From Syntrophomonadaceae bacterium (GTDB lineage: Bacteria > Bacillota > Dethiobacteria > DTU022 > PWGO01), in the NCBI GenBank assembly GCA_003554525.1, contig PWGO01000036.1, positions 8,246 to 40,245 on the forward strand: a stretch of DNA of 32,000 nucleotides, given 5' to 3'. A program made the position numbers and the translations under genes. Under the pieces are notes generated by a model. That model was given only the letters and a program-made list of their open reading frames with translations, was not told the origin of the DNA and searched no databases. Positions within the stretch are counted from its first letter, which is position 1; every line of letters begins with the position of its first letter. Shown piece by piece: positions 8,547-15,635 of this stretch.

Positions 8547-9356
8547 CTATAACTTTCGCTGTAATAGCACTTCTTTTAGCCGGGGCAACACCTCGGAAAT
8601 CTGTTCGTTTATTATTATATCAGCCCTGCTGTTGTAAGGTGTCGGATCTTTATTTATTATTACCAGCCTCTCTGCAAACTGAGGCAAAATATTGGCCGGG
8701 GAGACTACCAGGCTGGACCCTACTACCAGCACCCCGTCAGCTCTTTGTGCCTCCATCAAAGCTTCCTGGTAAGCCGGGGGCATGGCTTCTCCGAATAAAA
8801 TTATATCCGGTTTTACAACTTCCCCGCACTTCTCACAATAAGGAGGTATTTCTCCCCTGTCCACTTTGCCCAGGATGTCATCAATGCTTGTACATTGCTG
8901 GCATCCAAGGCAGCTGGCACTCTGCAGGGTGCCGTGCACTTCTATAACCCTGTCGGACCCTCCTTTTTGGTGGAGGCCATCAATATTCTGGGTTATAACC
9001 GCCTGTATCAACCCCAGGCTTTCCATCTCTCCCAGCGCTTTATGGCCTTCGTGGGGCTCGGAATCAAGGATATCGCTTAAAAATTCCATTCCCAGGGTAT
9101 AAAAGCGCTCCGGGCTGCTTCTAAACCTTTCTATAGTGAAATCTTCGGGGTCCATTTTATTCCATATGCCACTCCCCGGGCTCCGGAAGTCAGGAATCCC
9201 ACTTTCTGTAGACATGCCAGCTCCTGTCAATACCACCACATGGTTGCATTTTGACAATATTTCTGCGGCATTTAATACCTGTTCACTTTCTTGCAAACGG
9301 CTCCCCCCTTTAATTAGGCTAAAATACTTTTTAATTTTATTCTTAATTTTTATCAT
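8547..9356 (-). CDS. cobB: NAD-dependent protein deacylase, Sir2/CobB family
   Basis: 269 aa. Motifs include GAGMSTESGIPDFRS, QNIDGLH and a Zn ribbon CLGC...CEKCG. The ATGA start overlaps the yjbQ stop. Confidence 0.88.
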   Translation of the reverse strand: MIKIKNKIKKYFSLIKGGSRLQESEQVLNAAEILSKCNHVVVLTGAGMSTESGIPDFRSPGSGIWNKMDPEDFTIERFRSSPERFYTLGMEFLSDILDSEPHEGHKALGEMESLGLIQAVITQNIDGLHQKGGSDRVIEVHGTLQSASCLGCQQCTSIDDILGKVDRGEIPPYCEKCGEVVKPDIILFGEAMPPAYQEALMEAQRADGVLVVGSSLVVSPANILPQFAERLVIINKDPTPYNSRADIIINEQISEVLPRLKEVLLQRKL

Positions 9357-9766
9357 ATAAAACCATGGCCTTTCCCCGTGCCCAGGTAAACTTTACGGTG
9401 CCTGGGGCCGTCAAACTCTGCAAAAAATACACTCTGCCACCTGCCCAGCAACAACCTCCCGCGGTTAACCAGAAAAGAGCAGGTATGACCCACCAGGGTG
9501 GATTTAATGTGGGCATCGCTGTTGCCTTCCCCGTGCGAGTAATCGCCTTCCGGGGGCACCATTTTTCTTAAATAATTTAATATATCCTTGCCTACATCCG
9601 GGTCGGCGTTTTCATTAACCACCAGGCCAGCGGTAGTATGAGGTACAAACAGCTGCACCGTACCGCTGTCTATACCTTCCTGTTCCAACATTCTATTTAC
9701 CCGCCCGGTTATGTCAATTAATTGTTCTCCCTGACTTGTTTCCACGGGTATTTCTTTAACCAACAA
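9353..9766 (-). CDS. yjbQ: YjbQ/UPF0047 family protein (secondary thiamine-phosphate synthase-like)
   Basis: 137 aa. Motifs include VPHTTAGLVVNENADPDV, GNSDAHIKS and FAEFDGPRHRKV. The start is TTG with an AGGAGG SD. Confidence 0.85.
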   Translation of the reverse strand: MLVKEIPVETSQGEQLIDITGRVNRMLEQEGIDSGTVQLFVPHTTAGLVVNENADPDVGKDILNYLRKMVPPEGDYSHGEGNSDAHIKSTLVGHTCSFLVNRGRLLLGRWQSVFFAEFDGPRHRKVYLGTGKGHGFI

Positions 9767-9793
9767 TTAAACACGCCTCCTGGAATTTTTAAT

Positions 9794-10969
9794 TTACTTC
9801 TTTATCTCCGGGATAGAAAAAAGTTCGCGGTTAATTTTTACCATGTTTTTTATCTGTTTATATTTGCTGCCTACACTGCTGCTGGAAACCCCGTATTTAC
9901 TGGATATTTCTTTTTGAGTAACATTCAAATAATAGTGTTTTACCAGGCTGTATTCCAGTCCTGCGGCCCATACTTCCGGTTTGGAAACCCTGGGCATATG
10001 GGGATGCTTCTTATTTAAGAAGTTAAGCCACAAGGCCTGCACCGTCTCCAGAGAATCCTCATCATTTAAACTGCTGTTTTTGCGCATCTGGTTTAATACG
10101 CATACCAGCACTTTTTCCCACTCTTCTTTCCAACTCGGAGCTCTAAGAGGATAGCTGTTTAAATCTATATTTCTAAATTTGCCATACAAGTAAGTCAAGC
10201 ATTTCCACGGCTGGTCCATGTTTTGGAGTTTGAGTAAGGCAAACAGCTTCAATCTGTCTTTTATCCAGGGGCTTTTTACGAATTCTTTAAGTGTATTCTT
10301 CGCCTCCGCGCTCTCTAAACCACCCAGCAGCCTGACGATTTCCACTGTTTCCGTATCATTGCTGAAGTAAAGTATCTTCTTTAGTATCTGGCGGAATAAC
10401 GCGCTTTTTTGATAAGTTTCTTTAAATTTTTCCTGGTTCCACTTGTAGATTTCCATAAGCAACTCGTCTTTTTTTTCTTTAAACTCTTTTTCTTTTATTT
10501 CCTTATCCTTACCCGCTTCTTCGCTGTTTTCCACTTCTTCACCTTCACTCAACGCCCAAAGCAATTCCCGGGCTTCTTCCGCCATTTCTCCTTCCGGGCT
10601 CTGTTCCAGGTAAAGGTACAAATAATACCTGGCCTCCTGAAGTTCTTCCATTAACCCGTAATTTATTGCCATCAAAAAATAGCATTCCGAAATCGATGAA
10701 TCCAGTTCTTCAATTATATAAGCAAATATCCGGTTGGCATCTTCCAACTGCCCCATTTTACTTAAAAGGCAAGCCAGGTTATAATGATTGAGTGCATTGT
10801 ACGGCTCCAGCTCTACTGTCTTTTTGAAATACAGCAAGGCTTTTTTAAAATTATTTTTTAAGAAATACTTGTTTCCTTTCTGAAAATAATAATTTATATC
10901 CCGTTCAAAGGAAATAACTTTATTGTTTGAGGTTGGCCCGCCGCCGGCCAACCTGCTATTTTCTGTCAC
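9794..10969 (-). CDS. TPR-repeat protein with acidic/lysine-rich linker and C-terminal HTH-like motif; function unknown
   Basis: 391 aa. N-terminal TPR units (ALLYFKKTVELEPYNALNHYNLACLLSKMGQLEDA). The C-terminal VTQKEISSKYGVSSSSVGSKYKQIKN looks like a helix-turn-helix. The start is GTG with a GAAGGTGGTGA SD. Confidence 0.6.
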   Translation of the reverse strand: MTENSRLAGGGPTSNNKVISFERDINYYFQKGNKYFLKNNFKKALLYFKKTVELEPYNALNHYNLACLLSKMGQLEDANRIFAYIIEELDSSISECYFLMAINYGLMEELQEARYYLYLYLEQSPEGEMAEEARELLWALSEGEEVENSEEAGKDKEIKEKEFKEKKDELLMEIYKWNQEKFKETYQKSALFRQILKKILYFSNDTETVEIVRLLGGLESAEAKNTLKEFVKSPWIKDRLKLFALLKLQNMDQPWKCLTYLYGKFRNIDLNSYPLRAPSWKEEWEKVLVCVLNQMRKNSSLNDEDSLETVQALWLNFLNKKHPHMPRVSKPEVWAAGLEYSLVKHYYLNVTQKEISSKYGVSSSSVGSKYKQIKNMVKINRELFSIPEIKK

Positions 10970-11098
10970 TTTAGGTTCACCACCTTCTTCAAAACGATTT
11001 AAAACAATTTTCTGTTATTTAATAAAATATATATTTTTTATTTTATTTCTCCGTATCCGGTTAATATCCTCCTTTTACATTTAACATTATGTTAATGC

Positions 11099-12064
11099 TT
11101 ACGGCATTTTAACAAAAACACTTCTTTCCAAAAAACGGTCCCAGTCTGTCCAGTCCGATTCCTTTGAGTTATGCTGCTGCATGAGTTTTATAAACTGGCT
11201 CAACCTGGCACTGTTTAAATCAGCATAGAAAAGCGCAAAAGCTTGAATGGTTTTGGGTATTTCCGGGGACCCCCATTCTTTCTGCCCGTGGTGGGTAATC
11301 ATGACATGTTCCAGTTCCAGCTTTAGATCCGGGGGAAAATCTTCTATCTGGGCTACCGCGCGGTCTAAAATTTCTTTCCCTATACTAATATGACCCAGCA
11401 GTTTGCCCCGGTTGGTTAACTCAAAACTAAAACTAAAAGGGTCGTATTCTTCGATTTTTCCCATGTCGTGGAGGATAGCCCCGGTAAGCAGCACATCAGA
11501 ATCTATATGTTCCGGATATATTTCTACCATTTTACGGCAGAAATATATTACTTCCAGGGTATGCTCCAGGAGCCCGCCCACATAGTTGTGGTGAACAGTC
11601 CTGGCTGCCGGAGAAGCAGCAAATTTTTTTACAAACTCTTTATCACTGAAAAGATGTTTCAGCAACCTCTGCAGGTACGGATTCTCAATCTCTTCAGTAA
11701 TTACAGTTTTTATTTCACCCAGCATTTCCTGGGGATCCCTGCTTGAAACAGGCTGAAACATCCTGCGGTTTATTTTTTCCGGGTCAAGTTTCTTTACTTC
11801 GTGTATAACTATCTGGGGGCCATAGTACTCGTTTACTTCCCCCTTAATAAATATTACGTCTCCTTTTTGTACAGACTCTTTTATTATATTTAAATCCCAT
11901 ATAATACCTTTAATATTGCCACTAACATCGCCCAACACCAGCTTCATGAAATACTCTCCAGCCCGGTGCGGAGAAGAATAGCGGGTTTTGGTGGTCTCTA
12001 TTACCAGTACCTGGGTCTCCACTTCATTGCCTACTTTTAAATCTTTTATTAATTGCTTCTTCAT
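11099..12064 (-). CDS. yhaM: 3'-5' exoribonuclease YhaM-type (OB-fold + HD domain)
   Basis: 321 aa. It has an N-terminal OB fold, then HD-domain motifs (HHNYVGGLLEHTL, ILHDMGK, HHG). A strong AAGGAGGTGA SD precedes the start. Confidence 0.8.
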   Translation of the reverse strand: MKKQLIKDLKVGNEVETQVLVIETTKTRYSSPHRAGEYFMKLVLGDVSGNIKGIIWDLNIIKESVQKGDVIFIKGEVNEYYGPQIVIHEVKKLDPEKINRRMFQPVSSRDPQEMLGEIKTVITEEIENPYLQRLLKHLFSDKEFVKKFAASPAARTVHHNYVGGLLEHTLEVIYFCRKMVEIYPEHIDSDVLLTGAILHDMGKIEEYDPFSFSFELTNRGKLLGHISIGKEILDRAVAQIEDFPPDLKLELEHVMITHHGQKEWGSPEIPKTIQAFALFYADLNSARLSQFIKLMQQHNSKESDWTDWDRFLERSVFVKMP

Positions 12065-12138
12065 TCTTCACCTCCTTACCTGAATCAGCCAACTATACAG
12101 CGCACTGACATTACTTAACTTTAACATAAACTATCTCA

Positions 12139-12277
12139 GAAGAAAAGTGCACCCGCCAAAAGAGGAAAACAACTTTAAAAACGCTTCCACCATACTTGCC
12201 CCTTGCCAGATTAAACACAGCCCCTGGGGGATATTGCCAACCTGAACTCAACAGCGGGCGGTGGCAATCTTTTTTTA
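12139..12277 (+). ncRNA. Candidate small RNA, antisense to the yhaM leader (hypothetical)
   Basis: It is bounded by a promoter-like CTGACA(12105-12110)-16 nt-TAAACT(12127-12132) and a plus-strand-specific intrinsic terminator (12233-12276). The interval has no ATG and contains C-rich runs. There is no homology evidence. Confidence 0.25.
12233..12276 (+). terminator. Rho-independent terminator that is functional only on the plus strand
   Basis: ATTGCCA(A)CC (12233-12242) pairs with GGTGGCAAT (12260-12268), with a 17-nt loop. It is followed by C then T7 (12269-12276). On the minus-strand RNA the same stem is preceded by A7 and followed by AUCCCCC. Confidence 0.5.
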
Positions 12278-12282
12278 CCATA

Positions 12283-12321
12283 AAGTGCCTGATGCCCAAA
12301 ACCAGCGGGCACCAGGCACTT
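12283..12321 (-). other. 15-bp hairpin 33 nt downstream of hbd, with no U-tract
   Basis: AAGTGCCTGATGCCC pairs with GGGCACCAGGCACTT, with a 9-nt loop. The single non-Watson-Crick position is A.C on the plus strand but G.U in the minus-strand RNA, which favours function in the minus transcript. Confidence 0.5.
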
Positions 12322-12353
12322 AATGACTGTGAACAAGCCTGATCCTTGAATTA

Positions 12354-13211
12354 TTATTCGTAACTGTAAAAACCTTTACCGGTTTTACGCCCCAGATGTC
12401 CAGCCCTTACCAGTTTACGGATAAGCGGGCAAGGACGGTACTTGGAATCCCCTGTCTCTTTATAAAGAGTTTCCATGACCGACAACAGCACATCAAGCCC
12501 CACCATGTCTCCCAGGGCAAGAGGTCCTATGGGATGGTTCGCTCCCAACTTCATTCCCTTGTCGATATCTTCAGCAGAAGCCACCCCTTCCATCAACACA
12601 AATGCAGCTTCGTTGATCATGGGGCACAGGATACGATTTACCACAAAAAGCGGGGCTTCTTCCACGGAAATAGGCTCTTTCCCAAAGGTTCTGGATAGTT
12701 GCATTACCTTTTCAAATGTTTCTTTATCAGTGTCGCTGCCTTTAATCACCTCTACCAGTTTCATGACAGGTACCGGGTTGAAAAAATGCATGCCTATAAC
12801 CTTATGGGGCCTCGAGGTTGCCGATGCCATTTCGGTAATACTCAACCCGGAAGTGTTTGAAGCAAAAATAGCCTCCGCTTTACATGTTTCATCAAGTTCC
12901 TGGTATATCTTCTTTTTTATTTCCATGTTTTCTATGGCGGCTTCTATAACCAGGTCTACGTCTGCTATATCTTTTATTTCCACGGTACCTTTTATCCGGT
13001 TTATAATTTTATCCGCTTCTTCCCGGGTTTTCTTTTCCTTGGAAACTGCTTTGTCCAGGTTTTTTTGAATACTGGCCATTCCTTTTTGAACCAGGGATTC
13101 TTCAATATCCCTGACTACAACATCAAAGCCGTTTTCCGCAGCAACCTGTGCAATTCCGCTTCCCATGGTACCTGCACCAAGCACACCAATCCTTTTTATT
13201 TCCACGACCAT
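12354..13211 (-). CDS. hbd: 3-hydroxybutyryl-CoA (3-hydroxyacyl-CoA) dehydrogenase
   Basis: 285 aa. It has a Rossmann motif [14 protein letters not shown], a [12 protein letters not shown] block and a C-terminal GRKTGKGFY. The SD abuts ATG 13211, so GTG 13205 is the more likely start. Confidence 0.9.
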   Translation of the reverse strand: MVVEIKRIGVLGAGTMGSGIAQVAAENGFDVVVRDIEESLVQKGMASIQKNLDKAVSKEKKTREEADKIINRIKGTVEIKDIADVDLVIEAAIENMEIKKKIYQELDETCKAEAIFASNTSGLSITEMASATSRPHKVIGMHFFNPVPVMKLVEVIKGSDTDKETFEKVMQLSRTFGKEPISVEEAPLFVVNRILCPMINEAAFVLMEGVASAEDIDKGMKLGANHPIGPLALGDMVGLDVLLSVMETLYKETGDSKYRPCPLIRKLVRAGHLGRKTGKGFYSYE

Positions 13212-13440
13212 TCCTCCTTGGTTTATTCCCTTCTGTTCCAGTGGAGATCTAAAGTCTCCGTTCCCGCTTCTAATTTAGTTGGCTGTTCCTTTAAATTTCC
13301 TTTAATTTATGGAAAGTTCCTGGTGTCAAGTTACCATCAAGCTACCATAAACCTGAGTAGTTACATAGTTTCCTGTCTCTTGCCTCTGGCTTCCTGCTCA
13401 AGGTGAACGCTTTACTTGCGTTTATATTAATTGGTGCCTT

Positions 13441-14214
13441 CTATTTACCTTTAAACTCAGGCTTGCGTTTTTCCATAAACGCTTTGGCTCCTTCTTTCTG
13501 ATCTTCAGAATCACATATATCTCCAAAATAGGAGGCTTCAAGTTTCATTCCTTCCTCCAGGGTAAGGTTTAACCCCTGGTTTACACATTTCTTGGCTGCC
13601 TTTACTCCCAGTGGAGCATTTTTCATTATAGATTTAGCTATTTCTTTGGCTTTCTCCATTAGTTCGCTATCAGGTACCAGGTAATCTCCTATGCCCAGCT
13701 GGTATGCTTCGCTGGCTTCCATAACCCGGCCAGTAAAAATTAGCTCCTTGGCTTTACCTTCCGAAATTAACCGCGGCAGGCGCTGCGTACCCCCAAAACC
13801 GGGGTAGATCCCCAGGGTAACTTCAGGCAGCCCCATTTTTGCGCTTTCCGCCAGCACCCTGATATCACTTGCTAGGGCAAGCTCCATGCCTCCGCCAAGT
13901 GCAAAACCGTTTACAGCACTTATCACTACCTGCGGCATTTCATACAATTTTTGCAACACTTTCTGCCCGTATTTACTCATCTTTTCTCCGTTCTCTTTGT
14001 TTAGCTTGGGGAATTCGCTGATATCGGCACCTGCAACATAAGCTTTTTCACCTTCCCCGGTCAAAATCACCACCGTAACTTCTTCATCACGAGCGACCCC
14101 ATCAACAGCCTGTTCCAACGCATCCAGAACGTCAGTGCTTAAAGCGTTCATGGGCGGGTTGTTAATGGTTAAGTACACCAGGCTACCTTCTTTTACTGTT
14201 CTTACTAACTCCAT
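13441..14214 (-). CDS. crt: Enoyl-CoA hydratase / crotonase
   Basis: 257 aa. Crotonase-fold motifs include VVILTGEGEKAYVAGADI, NGFALGGGMELALASDIR and PEVTLGIYPGFGGTQRL. A GGAGG SD lies 9 nt before the ATG. Confidence 0.9.
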   Translation of the reverse strand: MELVRTVKEGSLVYLTINNPPMNALSTDVLDALEQAVDGVARDEEVTVVILTGEGEKAYVAGADISEFPKLNKENGEKMSKYGQKVLQKLYEMPQVVISAVNGFALGGGMELALASDIRVLAESAKMGLPEVTLGIYPGFGGTQRLPRLISEGKAKELIFTGRVMEASEAYQLGIGDYLVPDSELMEKAKEIAKSIMKNAPLGVKAAKKCVNQGLNLTLEEGMKLEASYFGDICDSEDQKEGAKAFMEKRKPEFKGK

Positions 14215-14267
14215 TTTTTTTAACCTCCTTCTTTTAATGGTTTTTTTATTGGTTTGCTGCCTTTAAA

Positions 14268-14561
14268 CTATACTATAAATATGCCAGTAAAGATATCACC
14301 ATTCTCTAGCACATTTCTAATATAACTGCCATTCCCATTCCACCTCCGACTACGGTTGAGTGATTCTTCAACTGCCGTTTTGGCCAGCTGCAAAGAAGAG
14401 ACTTTTTTCAAAACTCCCCCAAAACTGCCCACAGGAGTCCTGCACCCACTTGCTACCACCACATCAGAAAAAATATTGGAGCCGATAGCAACTACCTCCT
14501 TGTACTTTAAATCCTGTATATACCAGTACTGCCACACGCCTGCCTCTAAAATCTCTTTCAC
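14268..14561 (-). pseudogene. Acetyl-CoA acetyltransferase (thiolase) relic: N-terminal ~40 codons fused out of frame to the last ~13 codons
   Basis: The ORF contains DVVVASGCRTPVGSFGGVLKKVSSLQLAKTAVEESLNRS (about 14350-14465), which is a thiolase N-terminus. In another frame at 14306-14347 it reads GGGMGMAVILEMC-stop, the thiolase C-terminal glycine-rich signature. The ~340-aa catalytic core is absent. Confidence 0.8.
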
Positions 14562-14572
14562 TGAGCAGGTGT

Positions 14573-14604
14573 AAAAGAACAGGCCCGGTCAGCCTGTTCT
14601 TTTT
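14573..14604 (-). terminator. Bidirectional-looking intrinsic terminator ending the acs-metVF transcription unit
   Basis: AAAA-GAACAGGC-ccggtca-GCCTGTTC-TTTTT: an 8-bp GC-rich stem flanked by A and T tracts. It lies 105 nt after the metF stop. Confidence 0.7.
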
Positions 14605-14708
14605 AACTTTTACCTTGTGTTTTGATTTATCAATTTCTTAGATGAAGTTCATAGATTTTCGGCAGGATTAATTGCCGTCAATTACCGCATCGGTCAGGTG
14701 ACAATTTA

Positions 14709-15635
14709 TCATACGTTGGGACGGGGATATAGCCCGGCTCTTTCAACTATTTCAGGCACTTTTTCTTCCCAGGCAATAGCCATTACGTGGGCGCCAGCTA
14801 CACCTTCAATTTCTTTTAACTGCTCAATAGTTTCTATTGCTATTTTCAGTCCTTCTTCTTTTTTCTTTTCTGCTCCCTTTATCCGGTCAATAACTTCATC
14901 GGGTATGGTTATTCCAGAGACGTTGTTTTTCATATAGCGAGCAGCACCTAAAGATTTAATAGGAGTTACCCCTCCCAGGATGGCTACTTTTTTGTGCAAC
15001 CCTCTTTCTCGAACCAGTTCCATCCACTTTTTAAACCGCTCCAGGTCAAAAATACACTGCGTCTGGATAAAACTAACACCTGCATTAACTTTTTTCTCCA
15101 GGCGGTCTACACGGTATTCAAATGGGTCGGCAAAAGGATTTTCCACTGCTCCCAGGTAATAACTCACGGGGGCTTCCAGCTCCTCTCCTCCCATAAAAAC
15201 TCCGTCATCCCGCATATCTTTAAGACCTTTTATTAGCTGCATGGAATCTATATCGTATACACCTTTTGCTCCCGGCTCATTTCCAAACTGCTGGTGGTCG
15301 CCCGAGAGACATAGAACATTTTTAATCCCCAGGGCAGAAGCACCCAACACATCGCTCTGGATGCAAACCCTGTTACGGTCCCGCACTGTTATCTGGATAA
15401 TCGGCTCCAACCCCATCTGCACCAGGACCGCACCACAAGCTATACTGGAGGTGCGAACTATAGCCGTCTGGTTGTCGGTAATATTGTAGGCATCTACGTA
15501 ATGGCGCATTTCCTCCGCGTGGTGTTTAAGTGTTTCTATGTCTGCACTCTTGGGCGGTCCCAGCTCCCCTGTAACGGCAAAATTACCACTGTTTATTACT
15601 TTTTCTAAATTACTCCCCACTATCAAGTCTGACAT
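14709..15635 (-). CDS. metF: Methylenetetrahydrofolate reductase, MetF subunit (acetogen type)
   Basis: 308 aa with a TIM-barrel MTHFR (FAVTGELGPPKSAD, NITDNQTA, VLCLSGDH, FIQTQCIFD). It overlaps metV. The SD abuts ATG 15635, so TTG 15626 may be the start. Confidence 0.88.
   Translation of the reverse strand: MSDLIVGSNLEKVINSGNFAVTGELGPPKSADIETLKHHAEEMRHYVDAYNITDNQTAIVRTSSIACGAVLVQMGLEPIIQITVRDRNRVCIQSDVLGASALGIKNVLCLSGDHQQFGNEPGAKGVYDIDSMQLIKGLKDMRDDGVFMGGEELEAPVSYYLGAVENPFADPFEYRVDRLEKKVNAGVSFIQTQCIFDLERFKKWMELVRERGLHKKVAILGGVTPIKSLGAARYMKNNVSGITIPDEVIDRIKGAEKKKEEGLKIAIETIEQLKEIEGVAGAHVMAIAWEEKVPEIVERAGLYPRPNV

Noticed and set aside
8216-8947. 243-aa plus-strand ORF spanning the DUF3786-like/sirtuin junction. 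Similar long plus-strand ORFs occur at 20127-20861 (244 aa), 28426-29202 (258 aa), 21210-21812 (200 aa), 12475-13068 (197 aa) and 22168-22737 (189 aa).
   Set aside because: All lie antisense to confidently identified minus-strand genes. They have low-complexity or odd composition with no recognisable motifs, no SD sites, and in some cases cross gene boundaries. They are typical shadow ORFs of the real frames.
8547-9356. Sir2-domain protein as a possible anti-phage effector (Thoeris ThsA, DSR or SIR2-HerA type)
   Set aside because: It is a short canonical sirtuin with intact GAGxS, QNIDxLH and Zn-ribbon CxxC...CxxC motifs and no SLOG, TIR, HerA, pAgo or extra domains. Its neighbours are housekeeping genes, and it is translationally coupled to yjbQ. 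It fits a CobB-type deacylase.
11078-11098. Near-palindrome CATTAACATAATGTTAAATG after yhaM as a Rex operator (TTGTTAA-N4-TTAACAA type). The TTGTTAACAGCTGTGA inside the carD promoter (about 463-478) was considered for the same reason.
   Set aside because: The half-site orientation and spacing do not match the Rex consensus. Only generic AT-rich dyad symmetry is present, which is not enough to call a regulator site.
11099-12064. HD-domain protein as Cas3-like, cyclic-nucleotide phosphodiesterase or defence nuclease
   Set aside because: The N-terminal OB fold plus HD domain and the ~320-aa size match the YhaM 3'-5' exoribonuclease architecture. There are no cas genes or repeat-spacer arrays nearby.
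12111-12299. 62-aa minus-strand ORF in the hbd-yhaM spacer
   Set aside because: It has no SD and implausible sequence (MGIRHFMVKKDCHRPLL...). It spans two hairpin elements and a T/A tract. The region is better explained as structured non-coding RNA or leader.
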